Virus record (IMG/VR): IMGVR_UViG_3300046777_001606
Location: 43,802-107,801 of that record
DNA: 64,000 bases
Strand: one strand, 5' to 3'
Origin: a virus
Part shown: piece after piece, positions 10,455-19,817 of the stretch
Numbering within the stretch: the stretch's first letter is position 1
Layout: the number at the start of each line of letters is the position of its first letter
Position numbers and translations under genes: made by a program
Notes under the pieces: generated by a model
Databases searched by the model: none
Told to the model about the DNA's origin: nothing
What the model saw: only the letters and a program-made list of their open reading frames with translations

Positions 10455-11864
10455 ATGCTTAATCCATTTTTTCTTCAAGGATCTCAATCGGAACAAGGTT
10501 TAATTCAGGACCTTGTAAATGAGCAATTGAGAATGTATGGAGTTGAAGTTTATTATATACCAAGAAAAATAGCAACAATATCTAAGGTAATTAGAGAGGT
10601 TATACGATCAAAATTTGATAGTGCATATCCAATCGAAGCTTATGTAGAAAATTATGATGGGTATGATGGATCAACAACAATATTATCAAAGTTTGGTATT
10701 CAGGCAACAAATGAATTAACATTGATTATATCAAGAGAAAGATTTGAGTATTACATTACACCATTAATTGAAGGTTTTGCTGATGTTTTGATATCAACAA
10801 GACCAAAAGAGGGAGATCTAATTTATTTTCCTTTGGGAGATAGAGTATTTGAAATTAAATTTGTTGAGCACGAAAAACCATTCTATCAATTACAAAAAAA
10901 CTATGTTTATGAGTTGAGGTGCGAGCTATTTCAATATGAAGATGAAGATATTTCTACTGGTATTTCTGAAATTGATGATACAACTAGTGCAATAGGATCT
11001 GAAGGGTATACTGAAATATTAAATTTAATTGGTGTAGGTATTGCATCCACTGCTACAGCGACATCACATATTGTAAGTGGTGGTGTTAGATTAATTCAAA
11101 TAACTAATCGTGGTGAAGGTTATTCTTCAACGCCAATTGTAGCAATTTCTTCCGCCCCAACTGGAGGACTAACAGCATCAGGAATTGCTACAATGATTGG
11201 TGGTATTATTGCATGTGATGGGTCAAAAGATGGGTTAAAAGTTCAAGGAGTTCAAATTACAAACGCTGGTTATGGATATACTGTTGCACCTGGAGTAGCT
11301 TTTATAGGTGGTGGTGGGTCTGGCGTTGCTGCAACAACATATATTGGTAATGGTGTTGTTGGCGTGATTACCGTTACTAATGGCGGTGGTGGGTACTTTA
11401 CTGCACCTACAGTAACATTTAGTGCTCCAACTGGAATTGGATCAACTGTTACAGCTCAAGGTGTAGCAGTTATTAGTGTTGATGGTGTAGTCACATCCAT
11501 TAAACTTACAAATGCTGGTGTTGGATATACACAAACACCAACAATAACAATTTCTGCACCAAATGCAAGTGGAGTTGGATTAGGAACTTACTTGGTTGGG
11601 GAGACTGTAACAGGAAGTGCAAGCAGTGTAACTGCTAGAGTTAAGTCTTGGGATCTAACAACAAATGAGCTCAGGGTTTCCAATTTAACAGGCAAATTTG
11701 TTGCAGGAGAAAATATTGTTGGAAGCGAATCTGGCGCATCTTATAAGTTAAGATTGCTTAACCAAAATGCGGATATTAATCCCTATGCACAAAACTTTGA
11801 AATAGAAACTGAAGGTGATGCTATATTTGATTTTACCGAGTCAAATCCTTTTGGAGACCCTTGA
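10455..11864 (+). CDS. gp14: Neck protein gp14 with Gly-rich beta insertion
   Basis: EQLRMYGVEVYYIPR, RPKEGDLIYFP, FEIKFVEHEKPFYQL and C-terminal DFTESNPFG. Confidence 0.92.
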   Translation: MLNPFFLQGSQSEQGLIQDLVNEQLRMYGVEVYYIPRKIATISKVIREVIRSKFDSAYPIEAYVENYDGYDGSTTILSKFGIQATNELTLIISRERFEYYITPLIEGFADVLISTRPKEGDLIYFPLGDRVFEIKFVEHEKPFYQLQKNYVYELRCELFQYEDEDISTGISEIDDTTSAIGSEGYTEILNLIGVGIASTATATSHIVSGGVRLIQITNRGEGYSSTPIVAISSAPTGGLTASGIATMIGGIIACDGSKDGLKVQGVQITNAGYGYTVAPGVAFIGGGGSGVAATTYIGNGVVGVITVTNGGGGYFTAPTVTFSAPTGIGSTVTAQGVAVISVDGVVTSIKLTNAGVGYTQTPTITISAPNASGVGLGTYLVGETVTGSASSVTARVKSWDLTTNELRVSNLTGKFVAGENIVGSESGASYKLRLLNQNADINPYAQNFEIETEGDAIFDFTESNPFGDP

Positions 11865-11875
11865 TTCTATTTTTT

Positions 11876-11883
11876 GTTAAATA
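11876..11883 (+). promoter_or_regulatory. Putative late (gp55-dependent) promoter
   Basis: GTTAAATA in the intergenic gap upstream of gp15; variant of T4 TATAAATA. Confidence 0.5.
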
Positions 11884-11907
11884 GATATACAATACAATTT
11901 TATTAAT

Positions 11908-12912
11908 ATGTTTGAATATTTTTATCACGAAATTTTAAGAAAAACAATCATTTCTTTTGGTAATCTGTTTAATAATATTACTATTAAGCACAAAGATGAG
12001 GATGATGATGTTTTCAGTACGCTAAAAGTTCCTCTAGCGTATGGTCCTACGCAGAAATTTTTAGCTCGCTTAGAGCAGTCTCGTGATTTAAATAAACCAG
12101 TTCAAATTACATTGCCCAGAATGTCTTTTGAATTTGTTGGATTAACATATGATGGGTCCAGGAAAGTTACAACAACTCAATCTTTTATTGCACCAACAAC
12201 AACAGATAAAACAGACATAAGAAGAACATACATGCCTGTTCCATACAATATGGAATTTGAACTTAGCATCATGGCAAAATTAAATGATGATATGCTTCAA
12301 ATAGTTGAGCAAATTTTACCGTACTTTCAACCAACTTACAATTTAACGGTTGATCTAGTATCAACAATTGGAGAAAAAAGAGATATTCCTGTGGTATTTG
12401 AAGGAATAACAATGCAAGATGATTATGAGGGGGACTTTAGTACTAGAAGAGTACTAATGTATACTTTACGATTTGTTGCTAAAACATATTTGTTTGGACC
12501 AATTTCTGGATCTTCTATTTCTTCGGATATTATCAAAAAAGTTTCTATTGGATATGTTTCGGGAGATCTTACAAAGACACCAACAAGAGAACTCACTTAT
12601 ACAGTAGAGCCAAGAGCAACAAAAAGTTACACGGGAAATACTGTTACTACTCTTTCTAACGATATTAGCGAAACTACCACTACAATTACAGTAGCCAGTT
12701 CTTCAGGAATTTCTGCAAACTCATATATTGTTATTGATGAAGAAGAAATGCAGGTCATTTCAGTAACTGGAAATAATTTAAAAGTATCCAGGGGTGCTGA
12801 TAATACATCAATATCATCTCATGTATCGGGATCTGGAGTAAAACTCATAACTACTGCAGATAACGATTTAATTGAAGCTGGAGATGATTTTGGATTTAGC
12901 GGATCACTATGA
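11908..12912 (+). CDS. gp15: Tail sheath stabiliser / tail terminator gp15
   Basis: FYHEILRKTIISFGNLFNNI, KVPLAYGPTQKFLARL, LPRMSFE, QIVEQILPYFQP. Confidence 0.93.
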   Translation: MFEYFYHEILRKTIISFGNLFNNITIKHKDEDDDVFSTLKVPLAYGPTQKFLARLEQSRDLNKPVQITLPRMSFEFVGLTYDGSRKVTTTQSFIAPTTTDKTDIRRTYMPVPYNMEFELSIMAKLNDDMLQIVEQILPYFQPTYNLTVDLVSTIGEKRDIPVVFEGITMQDDYEGDFSTRRVLMYTLRFVAKTYLFGPISGSSISSDIIKKVSIGYVSGDLTKTPTRELTYTVEPRATKSYTGNTVTTLSNDISETTTTITVASSSGISANSYIVIDEEEMQVISVTGNNLKVSRGADNTSISSHVSGSGVKLITTADNDLIEAGDDFGFSGSL

Positions 12913-13361
12913 AAATGACTAAAAAATATAAAAATTTAGATGATTCTTTCAACGTAGAAACTGAGATTGTATTGGAAGAAAAAAATGGGATTGATTTGAT
13001 TCAAAACCAAACACAAAATAATATAAATTTAAATACAAACTCAGATGATATTAAAAAAGATTATGAATATACCAGAGGAAATTTATATTCAATTATAGAA
13101 AAAGGTCAAGAAGCAATTAATGGGGTCTTAGAGTTAGCACAAGAAAGTGAAATGCCTAGAGCATATGAAGTGGTAGGTCAATTAATTAAAAATGTTGCAG
13201 ATGCTACAGACAAATTAATGGATCTACAAAAAAAATTAAAAGATATCGAAGAAACAAAAACGCAAAAAGGACCAACAAATGTTACAAATGCATTGTTTGT
13301 TGGATCAACTGCTGAGTTATCAAAATTATTGAAAGATGGATTAAACTCTCAAGATAAATAA
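12909..13361 (+). CDS. gp16: Terminase small subunit
   Basis: DYEYTRGNLY, PRAYEVVGQLIK, NALFVGSTAEL; synteny. Confidence 0.92.
   Translation: MKMTKKYKNLDDSFNVETEIVLEEKNGIDLIQNQTQNNINLNTNSDDIKKDYEYTRGNLYSIIEKGQEAINGVLELAQESEMPRAYEVVGQLIKNVADATDKLMDLQKKLKDIEETKTQKGPTNVTNALFVGSTAELSKLLKDGLNSQDK
13353..13360 (+). promoter_or_regulatory. Putative late promoter
   Basis: GATAAATA just upstream of the 13374 start. Confidence 0.6.
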
Positions 13362-13373
13362 TTAAAAAAACCG

Positions 13374-13709
13374 ATGGCAGTTCCAACAGTAAATATAACA
13401 ATAGAAAAAGGTGCAGATTATGCATCAACTTTTACAATTTCGAATTCGGATGGAACACCATTTGATTTGACAAATCAAAGCGCAGTTGCAAAACTAAAGA
13501 AATTTCCATCCACAACAACATCATATTCTTTTACCCCAAATTTAATCATAGCAACTGGTAAAGTAACTATTTCTATGGGAAATACGGTAACAAATTCCAT
13601 TGAACCTGGTAGATATTATTACGATATAATTTTAACAAATAATATAACATCCAAAAAAGCAAGAGTTATTCAAGGCATGGCTATTGTTACACCATCAATT
13701 TCTACATAA
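13374..13709 (+). CDS. Small beta-sandwich virion/adaptor protein (BppU-N-like)
   Basis: NITIEKGADY..F, GRYYYDI, RVIQG..VTP pattern typical of phage Ig-like adaptors. Confidence 0.6.
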   Translation: MAVPTVNITIEKGADYASTFTISNSDGTPFDLTNQSAVAKLKKFPSTTTSYSFTPNLIIATGKVTISMGNTVTNSIEPGRYYYDIILTNNITSKKARVIQGMAIVTPSIST

Positions 13710-13734
13710 ATAATTAATATGGTTTTTAGTCTTT

Positions 13735-14064
13735 ATGGCGGAATATAACGTAAGACTTGATGACCAAGGAGCATTGTTCACCCCAGAACAATATTCAATA
13801 TCTGTAGCACGAGGAGCTGTGGCAGAAAATCTTTCAAATCTCAATGATGTTTTAGTTTCTGATCTTGGAAATAAAGATCAGTATGTTTTAGTTTATGATG
13901 CTTCTTTACAAAAATATAAATTAGTAAATCCTGATGTTATTTTAAATTCCGCAGCTTCTACAGAAACGAATCAACCAGGATTAGTTGGTTACGCAACGGC
14001 ATTTATTAATAGACTTGATACAGATCTTGATGATAAAATTGATATTGATGCTGGAACTTTTTAA
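13735..14064 (+). CDS. Small fibre-associated protein ending DAGTF
   Basis: LSNLNDV...VLVYDAS fibre-type motif; preceded by CATAAATA (13705-13712). Confidence 0.6.
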   Translation: MAEYNVRLDDQGALFTPEQYSISVARGAVAENLSNLNDVLVSDLGNKDQYVLVYDASLQKYKLVNPDVILNSAASTETNQPGLVGYATAFINRLDTDLDDKIDIDAGTF

Positions 14065-14100
14065 AACTAAATATTAATAACGGAATATAGAGAAAGGAAA

Positions 14101-15591
14101 ATGCCTTCACCAGTTATTCAGTTTAAAAGAGGATTATTTGCAAACTTACCTGGATTGCAAGCTGGTGAACCTGGATTTACAACAGATAAATATGATCTTT
14201 ATATTGGATTAACATCAGAGACTTCCACAAATAAATTTTTTGGATCCCATAGATATTGGAGCAAAGAAACAACTTCTACAGGTAGTGGTGTAAATCTTGT
14301 AGAAGGAAGCGTCAATGGTACAAGTTTTATTACACTTGCATCTCCAGCATCTCTTGTAGGAATTGTTACATATTATTTTCCAGGAACACAGGGAACTACA
14401 AGCACAGTTCTCACAAATGACGGAAATGGTAATTTAAGTTGGTCTAGTGGATCTTTAAATCCAGTATTTACTGGAATTTCAACATTTATGGGACTTGTTG
14501 ATGCTAATGGTGGTGCTACGATTGATAATATTCAAATTGGAATTGTAAATGATAACACAATTGATACATCTACAGGAAATCTAACAATTGATTCTGCAGG
14601 TGGAACAATTACTGTAAATGATCAATTAGTTGTAACTGGAATATCTACATTCAATGGTAATGTTGATGTTGATCAATCTCTAAATGTTGATGGAAATGTA
14701 AATGTAACTGGAATTTCTACATTTACCGGAATTACTACCGTTACTGGACCAACATTATTTACTACTCAATTTAGTTCTTCTGGAGTTTCATCATTTAAGA
14801 ATAGTACAGATAATACTTTAGGAAATGCAGATACTGGTGCAGTTCAAATTGATGGTGGAGTTGGCATCAATAAAAACGTAACCATTGGGCAAAATCTTTA
14901 TGTTGGTGGATATTCTGAGTTTGTTGGTGTTGTAACATTTAAAGGTGGAACCATTAGTCTTGGCGATGAAGATACTGATAGTATAACGATCGGTGCAGAA
15001 TTTGCTTCAGATTTAATTCCAAATGCTGATGCCGGTTACAATTTAGGTAACTTTAATAAGAGATGGAAAAACGCCATTTTTTCTGGAATTGTAACAAGTA
15101 ACACTTTTGTTGGTGAAGTTAATTCGCCAACATTCGATACCAATCAATCTGGTGTTGTTGTTACAGGTATTGTTACCGCAACTACTGGAAATATTACTGG
15201 AAATTTAACAGTTGGTGGTAATCTTTTTGTTAATGGATCAACAACTCAAGTCAATACACAAACATTAACTGTTGAAGATGCTTTGATTGAAGTTGGTCTT
15301 GTAAATGGATCAGCACCATCAACAGATCTTGATCTGGATCTCGGTTTACTTTTAAACTATTTTGACGGATCTGCTAAAAAAGCGGCTGTTTATTGGGATG
15401 ATAGCGCATCAAGAATTGTTCTTGCTTCACAAGTTTCTGAGTCTTCTGGAGTATTGGCTGCCTCTGGATATGCAGGATTGGAAATTGGATCACTCTATGT
15501 CAACGATTGTGCAGGTCAAACTCAGGTTATTTCTTGCACGGGATCAACAAGAAATCTAATTAATATAACAATAGATGCTGGTTCTTTCTGA
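14101..15591 (+). CDS. Tail-fibre-like trimeric beta protein
   Basis: N-terminal IQFKRG...L.AGEPGF (Mtd-N/hyaluronidase-like), repeated GISTF motifs, C-terminal IDAGSF; ACTAAATA at 14066-14073. Confidence 0.7.
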   Translation: MPSPVIQFKRGLFANLPGLQAGEPGFTTDKYDLYIGLTSETSTNKFFGSHRYWSKETTSTGSGVNLVEGSVNGTSFITLASPASLVGIVTYYFPGTQGTTSTVLTNDGNGNLSWSSGSLNPVFTGISTFMGLVDANGGATIDNIQIGIVNDNTIDTSTGNLTIDSAGGTITVNDQLVVTGISTFNGNVDVDQSLNVDGNVNVTGISTFTGITTVTGPTLFTTQFSSSGVSSFKNSTDNTLGNADTGAVQIDGGVGINKNVTIGQNLYVGGYSEFVGVVTFKGGTISLGDEDTDSITIGAEFASDLIPNADAGYNLGNFNKRWKNAIFSGIVTSNTFVGEVNSPTFDTNQSGVVVTGIVTATTGNITGNLTVGGNLFVNGSTTQVNTQTLTVEDALIEVGLVNGSAPSTDLDLDLGLLLNYFDGSAKKAAVYWDDSASRIVLASQVSESSGVLAASGYAGLEIGSLYVNDCAGQTQVISCTGSTRNLINITIDAGSF

Positions 15592-15758
15592 TGGCAACTG
15601 AAACTGATTTAAAATATTTGTTAAATTCATATCAAAAAAAATCTATTGACTTATTAACTCAACTTGTTGTAGTCGAAACAAAATTAGAACAGTCTCTTGT
15701 AAAAATTCAAGAATTAGAGCAAAAAATAAAAAAATATGAAGAAGATTCTTCATATTGA
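15591..15758 (+). CDS. Small coiled-coil protein, possibly a fibre chaperone
   Basis: Not in ORF track; 55 aa MATETDLKYLLNSYQKKSIDLLTQLVVVETKLEQSLVKIQELEQKIKKYEEDSSY; TGATG coupling to upstream gene. Confidence 0.6.
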   Translation: MATETDLKYLLNSYQKKSIDLLTQLVVVETKLEQSLVKIQELEQKIKKYEEDSSY

Positions 15759-15788
15759 AATTAACTAAATATTTTTAATGCTAATGAG

Positions 15789-15808
15789 AGTTCAATATAT
15801 ATTGAACT
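15789..15808. repeat. Perfect 20-bp palindrome in the leader of the 15844 gene
   Basis: AGTTCAATATATATTGAACT is its own reverse complement; lies downstream of ACTAAATA (15764-15771). Confidence 0.85.
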
Positions 15809-15843
15809 TTTAAGGTATATACCAAAAATTTTAATTCGATTCA

Positions 15844-18800
15844 ATGGCAGATCCAAACATTAAGATTAAACGATCATCCGTTCCGGGGAAAAGGCCAACG
15901 CTTGATCAAATATCTTTGGGTGAGTTAGGATTAAATACATATGATGGACAATTATTTACGCAGGTTGATACCTCTGGTGTTGGAATTGCAACTACAATTG
16001 CATCACTTACTCCTTGGAAAGAGAATTATGGTGGCGCATCAATTTTTTATGCAAATTCCGTTGGTGTAGGGACCACAAATCCATTAGGAACTTTTCAAGT
16101 TGGAACTGGCATCACAATGTATGGTGCCACAGGAATTATTAGTGCAACAAGATTTGATGGTGGATTGAATCCTTTAGGAAAATCATATTATGTTGCCACA
16201 AATGGAAGTGATAATAATACGGGAAATAATATTAATGAGCCATATTCAACACTTAAACATGCTTTGAGTGTTGCAACTTCTGGAGATACAATTTTTGTTC
16301 AGTCAGGTACATTTACAGAAGTTTTTCCCCTAACAGTTCCTGTGGGAGTAACTGTTAGAGGCGTTAGTCTTCGTGGAACTTTTATTCAACCAACGTCTGG
16401 CACACAACAAAATGATGGTTTCTTATTGAATGGTGAAACTACAGTTGAAGATCTAACGATTGGTAATATTTACGAACCTGGATATGCGTTTAAATTTGCA
16501 AATAATGCAAAAACTACAACTCGTTCTCCATACGTTCAGAGAGTTACTGTATTAAACAGAGGATCAGTAACTTCTGCAACAGATCCATATGGATTTGATA
16601 CTGCACACTCTCCACCGACCTCATATAAAGCAGGACGTGGTGTTCTGATTGATGGTAGTGTTCAAGACCCAACAACTCTTGAACCCGCAATGTTGTTTAA
16701 TGAGTGTACTTTCATCACTCCAAATAATACTGCGTTGGAGATGACTAATGGCGCAAGAACAGAGTGGGTCAATTGTTTTGCGTATCTTGCAGATAAAGGA
16801 GTCTATGCATATGACGGAAATGTTGGTCTTGCAAGTGCTGGATATGTAAGAATTAAAACTTCTGGATTTTCTGGAACAACTCCTGCAGCAAATGATGAAC
16901 TCTATTATCTTGAAGCAAATTCTCAATCGGGTACTTATGCTCAGGTTGGAACTGCTCTCACGATCACAAGAGTTGGTCATGGATTGACTGTTGGTGATAG
17001 AATTTTTGCAGATTTTACATCTGGAACAGCAACGGATGGATTTTATCGTGTTACTGGATATGTAGGAGTCAATACATTTTCAGTTACAATGGTTGGGTCA
17101 GCCACTACTAGTGGAAATGTATCTTATAAAGAAGCCTTAGGATTTGGTACAGTTAGAAGTTATACATCGGCAACTGGTTTATCTTCGATTACCGCAAAAG
17201 GTGAAGGTTTGTTTGAAATACCTTCATCAAGACTTGGTAAGACTGTCACTGGTTATGGTAATGCTTCATTATCATCCTCTCAAGAGAAGTTTGGAACTGC
17301 TTCGTTAGTTTTAGATGGAACTGGTGATTATATTAGATGTGAAGGTGGAACTGATTTTGCATTTGCTGGAAACTTTACAGCAGAAACCTGGATTTATCCA
17401 ACAAGTGTTGCTGGAAATAGATATCTTTTTTCACTTGGATCAGAAGCAGCAGGTAGATATAATCTTTTTCTAGTAAGTGGTGTTCTAACTGGTAATTTTT
17501 ATGGCGCTTCTTCCACGACTTTTGGTGGATCTATTTCCACTAATACTTGGACACATATTGCATTAGTTCGTTCTGGTTCAACCATTACTGTATATGTAGA
17601 TGGAACTGCACTTGGAACAACCGAAACAAACTCTTCTGCAATTGGTAACACCGGACAATTAACAATTGGTGCTGATACCAGTGGTGTTAACACCTTTGTT
17701 GGATATATTGATGAATTAAGAATTTCAAATACCGCAAGATATACTGGTAACTTTAGTACAGCAACATCTCAATTCAATTCTGATGGAAGTGATAAATTAC
17801 TTCTTCACTTTGATGGCGTAACAGGAAGCACATCATTTACTGATAGTTCAATTCCAACTCAGGATATACGTTGGGTTCGTTCTGGAGTAGGAATTGCAAC
17901 TGCAACCAAGATTACACTTGCCGATTATCAGCAGTTTGGTGCTGAAATGAGATCGATTGGATCTGCTGTAGTCTTCGGTAATACTGGCATCAGTGCAAGT
18001 GGACCTGGCGTTGGACTAAGAATGTTTGCCTTTAACTTTGGGCATATTGGATCTGGTAAAGATTTTAGTCAGGATGTATCTCTTGTTAATCAGGCAGCAG
18101 AAGTTGTTAAGACTAACAATGCTAATGTTTATTTTGTATCGATTGATCAATCTGGCGATTTTAGAGTTGGTGATGCTTTCTACGTTAACCAAGAAGCAGG
18201 AACTGTAAACTTTGGTGGACAGAATTTTACACTGAATAGTCTATCGGATCTTAATATTACTGATGGTGTAAACACAAATACAATTACACCAACAACGGCA
18301 ACGATTGGTAATATTCAAATTTCTGGAAATGAGATTACCTCAACTTCAGGTAACATTAATATTAATCCATCTGGAACCTCAGAAACTAATGTTGATGGTA
18401 ATTTAAATGTTAGTGGTATTTTAACTGCCTCTGTATTACAGACTGGTGCCTTGCAATTAGGAGATACTTCCATTGCTCTTGATGATACTGGTTCTAATGG
18501 GACCATCAGACTTAATACTGATAATGTAGAAGCATTAAGAGTTACAAATAATCAAAGAGTTGGTATTGCTAGCATTGCACCAACGTCAAGATTAGATGTT
18601 GGTGGCGATGTTAAAATTAGTGGTGTTATTACAGCTACAACATTTAGTGGTCAGGTTAATTCTGGTGTAGCTACTATTACAACACTTAATACTACAACCG
18701 GAAATATTGTTACTGGTGTCGTAACAACCTTAACAAGCACTAATGCTAGTTTAACCAATATTAACTCTACTGGAATCAGTACTCTTGGAATTACCAGTAC

Positions 18801-19464
18801 CACTAATCTAACAACACAACAATTAGTCGTTTCTGGAGTTTCTACTTTTGTTAGTAATGTTAATTTAAGTGGTGAATTGAGAGGTCCTGCAGAATTCATC
18901 ATTGATCCAGCAGCAGTCGGTGATAATACTGGTGCGGTTAGAATCAAAGGTGATCTTTATGTTGACGGTACAACCACACAAATTAATTCGGCATCTTTAG
19001 AAATTGCAGATTTTATAGTTGGAATAGCTTCTACTGCAACAACTGATTTACTTGCTGATGGGGCTGGTATCAGAATTGGACCTGACAATACATTACTTTA
19101 TGATCATTCTAATACTGCATTAAAGTCTAGTGAAAACTTTAATCTTGTTTCTGACAAAACTTATAAGATCAATGGAATTGATGTCCTCAGTTCAACTTCT
19201 CTTGGAACGGGAGTCACCAATTCATCACTGACTTCTGTCGGCACTTTACTAACATTAAATGTAACTGGTGACTTGGCAGTTGATACCAATGTTCTTAAAG
19301 TTGACACTACTAACAATAGAATTGGGGTAAATAAAACTTCTCCCACCTATCCTTTGGATGTTGTGGGCGATATAAATAGTTCAACCGCAGTTAAGGTTAA
19401 TGGAGTTAGTGTTGTTCAATCTGCAGTCGATGAAGCACTAGCATTAGCAATTGCATTAGGATAA
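15844..19464 (+). CDS. Tail fibre protein with beta-helix and LamG/ConA-like domains
   Basis: N-terminal IKIKRS...GELGLN; YYVATNGSDNN...GDTIFVQSGTF beta-helix start; LamG motifs FTAETWIYP, WTHIALVR, GYIDELRIS; C-terminal ALALAIALG. Confidence 0.78.
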   Translation: MADPNIKIKRSSVPGKRPTLDQISLGELGLNTYDGQLFTQVDTSGVGIATTIASLTPWKENYGGASIFYANSVGVGTTNPLGTFQVGTGITMYGATGIISATRFDGGLNPLGKSYYVATNGSDNNTGNNINEPYSTLKHALSVATSGDTIFVQSGTFTEVFPLTVPVGVTVRGVSLRGTFIQPTSGTQQNDGFLLNGETTVEDLTIGNIYEPGYAFKFANNAKTTTRSPYVQRVTVLNRGSVTSATDPYGFDTAHSPPTSYKAGRGVLIDGSVQDPTTLEPAMLFNECTFITPNNTALEMTNGARTEWVNCFAYLADKGVYAYDGNVGLASAGYVRIKTSGFSGTTPAANDELYYLEANSQSGTYAQVGTALTITRVGHGLTVGDRIFADFTSGTATDGFYRVTGYVGVNTFSVTMVGSATTSGNVSYKEALGFGTVRSYTSATGLSSITAKGEGLFEIPSSRLGKTVTGYGNASLSSSQEKFGTASLVLDGTGDYIRCEGGTDFAFAGNFTAETWIYPTSVAGNRYLFSLGSEAAGRYNLFLVSGVLTGNFYGASSTTFGGSISTNTWTHIALVRSGSTITVYVDGTALGTTETNSSAIGNTGQLTIGADTSGVNTFVGYIDELRISNTARYTGNFSTATSQFNSDGSDKLLLHFDGVTGSTSFTDSSIPTQDIRWVRSGVGIATATKITLADYQQFGAEMRSIGSAVVFGNTGISASGPGVGLRMFAFNFGHIGSGKDFSQDVSLVNQAAEVVKTNNANVYFVSIDQSGDFRVGDAFYVNQEAGTVNFGGQNFTLNSLSDLNITDGVNTNTITPTTATIGNIQISGNEITSTSGNININPSGTSETNVDGNLNVSGILTASVLQTGALQLGDTSIALDDTGSNGTIRLNTDNVEALRVTNNQRVGIASIAPTSRLDVGGDVKISGVITATTFSGQVNSGVATITTLNTTTGNIVTGVVTTLTSTNASLTNINSTGISTLGITSTTNLTTQQLVVSGVSTFVSNVNLSGELRGPAEFIIDPAAVGDNTGAVRIKGDLYVDGTTTQINSASLEIADFIVGIASTATTDLLADGAGIRIGPDNTLLYDHSNTALKSSENFNLVSDKTYKINGIDVLSSTSLGTGVTNSSLTSVGTLLTLNVTGDLAVDTNVLKVDTTNNRIGVNKTSPTYPLDVVGDINSSTAVKVNGVSVVQSAVDEALALAIALG

Positions 19465-19468
19465 AGAA

Positions 19469-19798
19469 ATGGCAAATACTTTTAAAAGTTATACTAAAGC
19501 AAGTATTGGAACAGTTACTCAAGATGTGTATACTGTTCCTGCTGCAACCACTTCTGTAGTAATTGGTTTTTGTCTGACAAATAGAACTGCGAGTACTGTA
19601 ACTGCAGATGTCTATATTAATAAATCTGCGGCAGTCGATGATGTTTATATTGTAAAGGGAATTGAAATACCGACTGGTACGCTATATGATTTTAATGCAG
19701 GAAATAAAATAATTTTAGAAACTGGAGATAAAATACAAATTACTTCAAATACATCCACTTCTGTTGATGCGATAGTAAGTGTACTTGAGCAAACATAA
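19469..19798 (+). CDS. Small beta-sandwich virion adaptor protein
   Basis: 109 aa; MANTFK..., VYTVPAAT, KIILETGDKI motifs. Confidence 0.65.
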   Translation: MANTFKSYTKASIGTVTQDVYTVPAATTSVVIGFCLTNRTASTVTADVYINKSAAVDDVYIVKGIEIPTGTLYDFNAGNKIILETGDKIQITSNTSTSVDAIVSVLEQT

Positions 19799-19817
19799 GT
19801 AAGGAGTAAGTAATAAA

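Noticed and set aside
14101-19464. Diversity-generating retroelement suggested by Mtd-like N-termini
   Set aside because: There is no reverse transcriptase, and I saw no template/variable repeat pair differing at adenines in this window.
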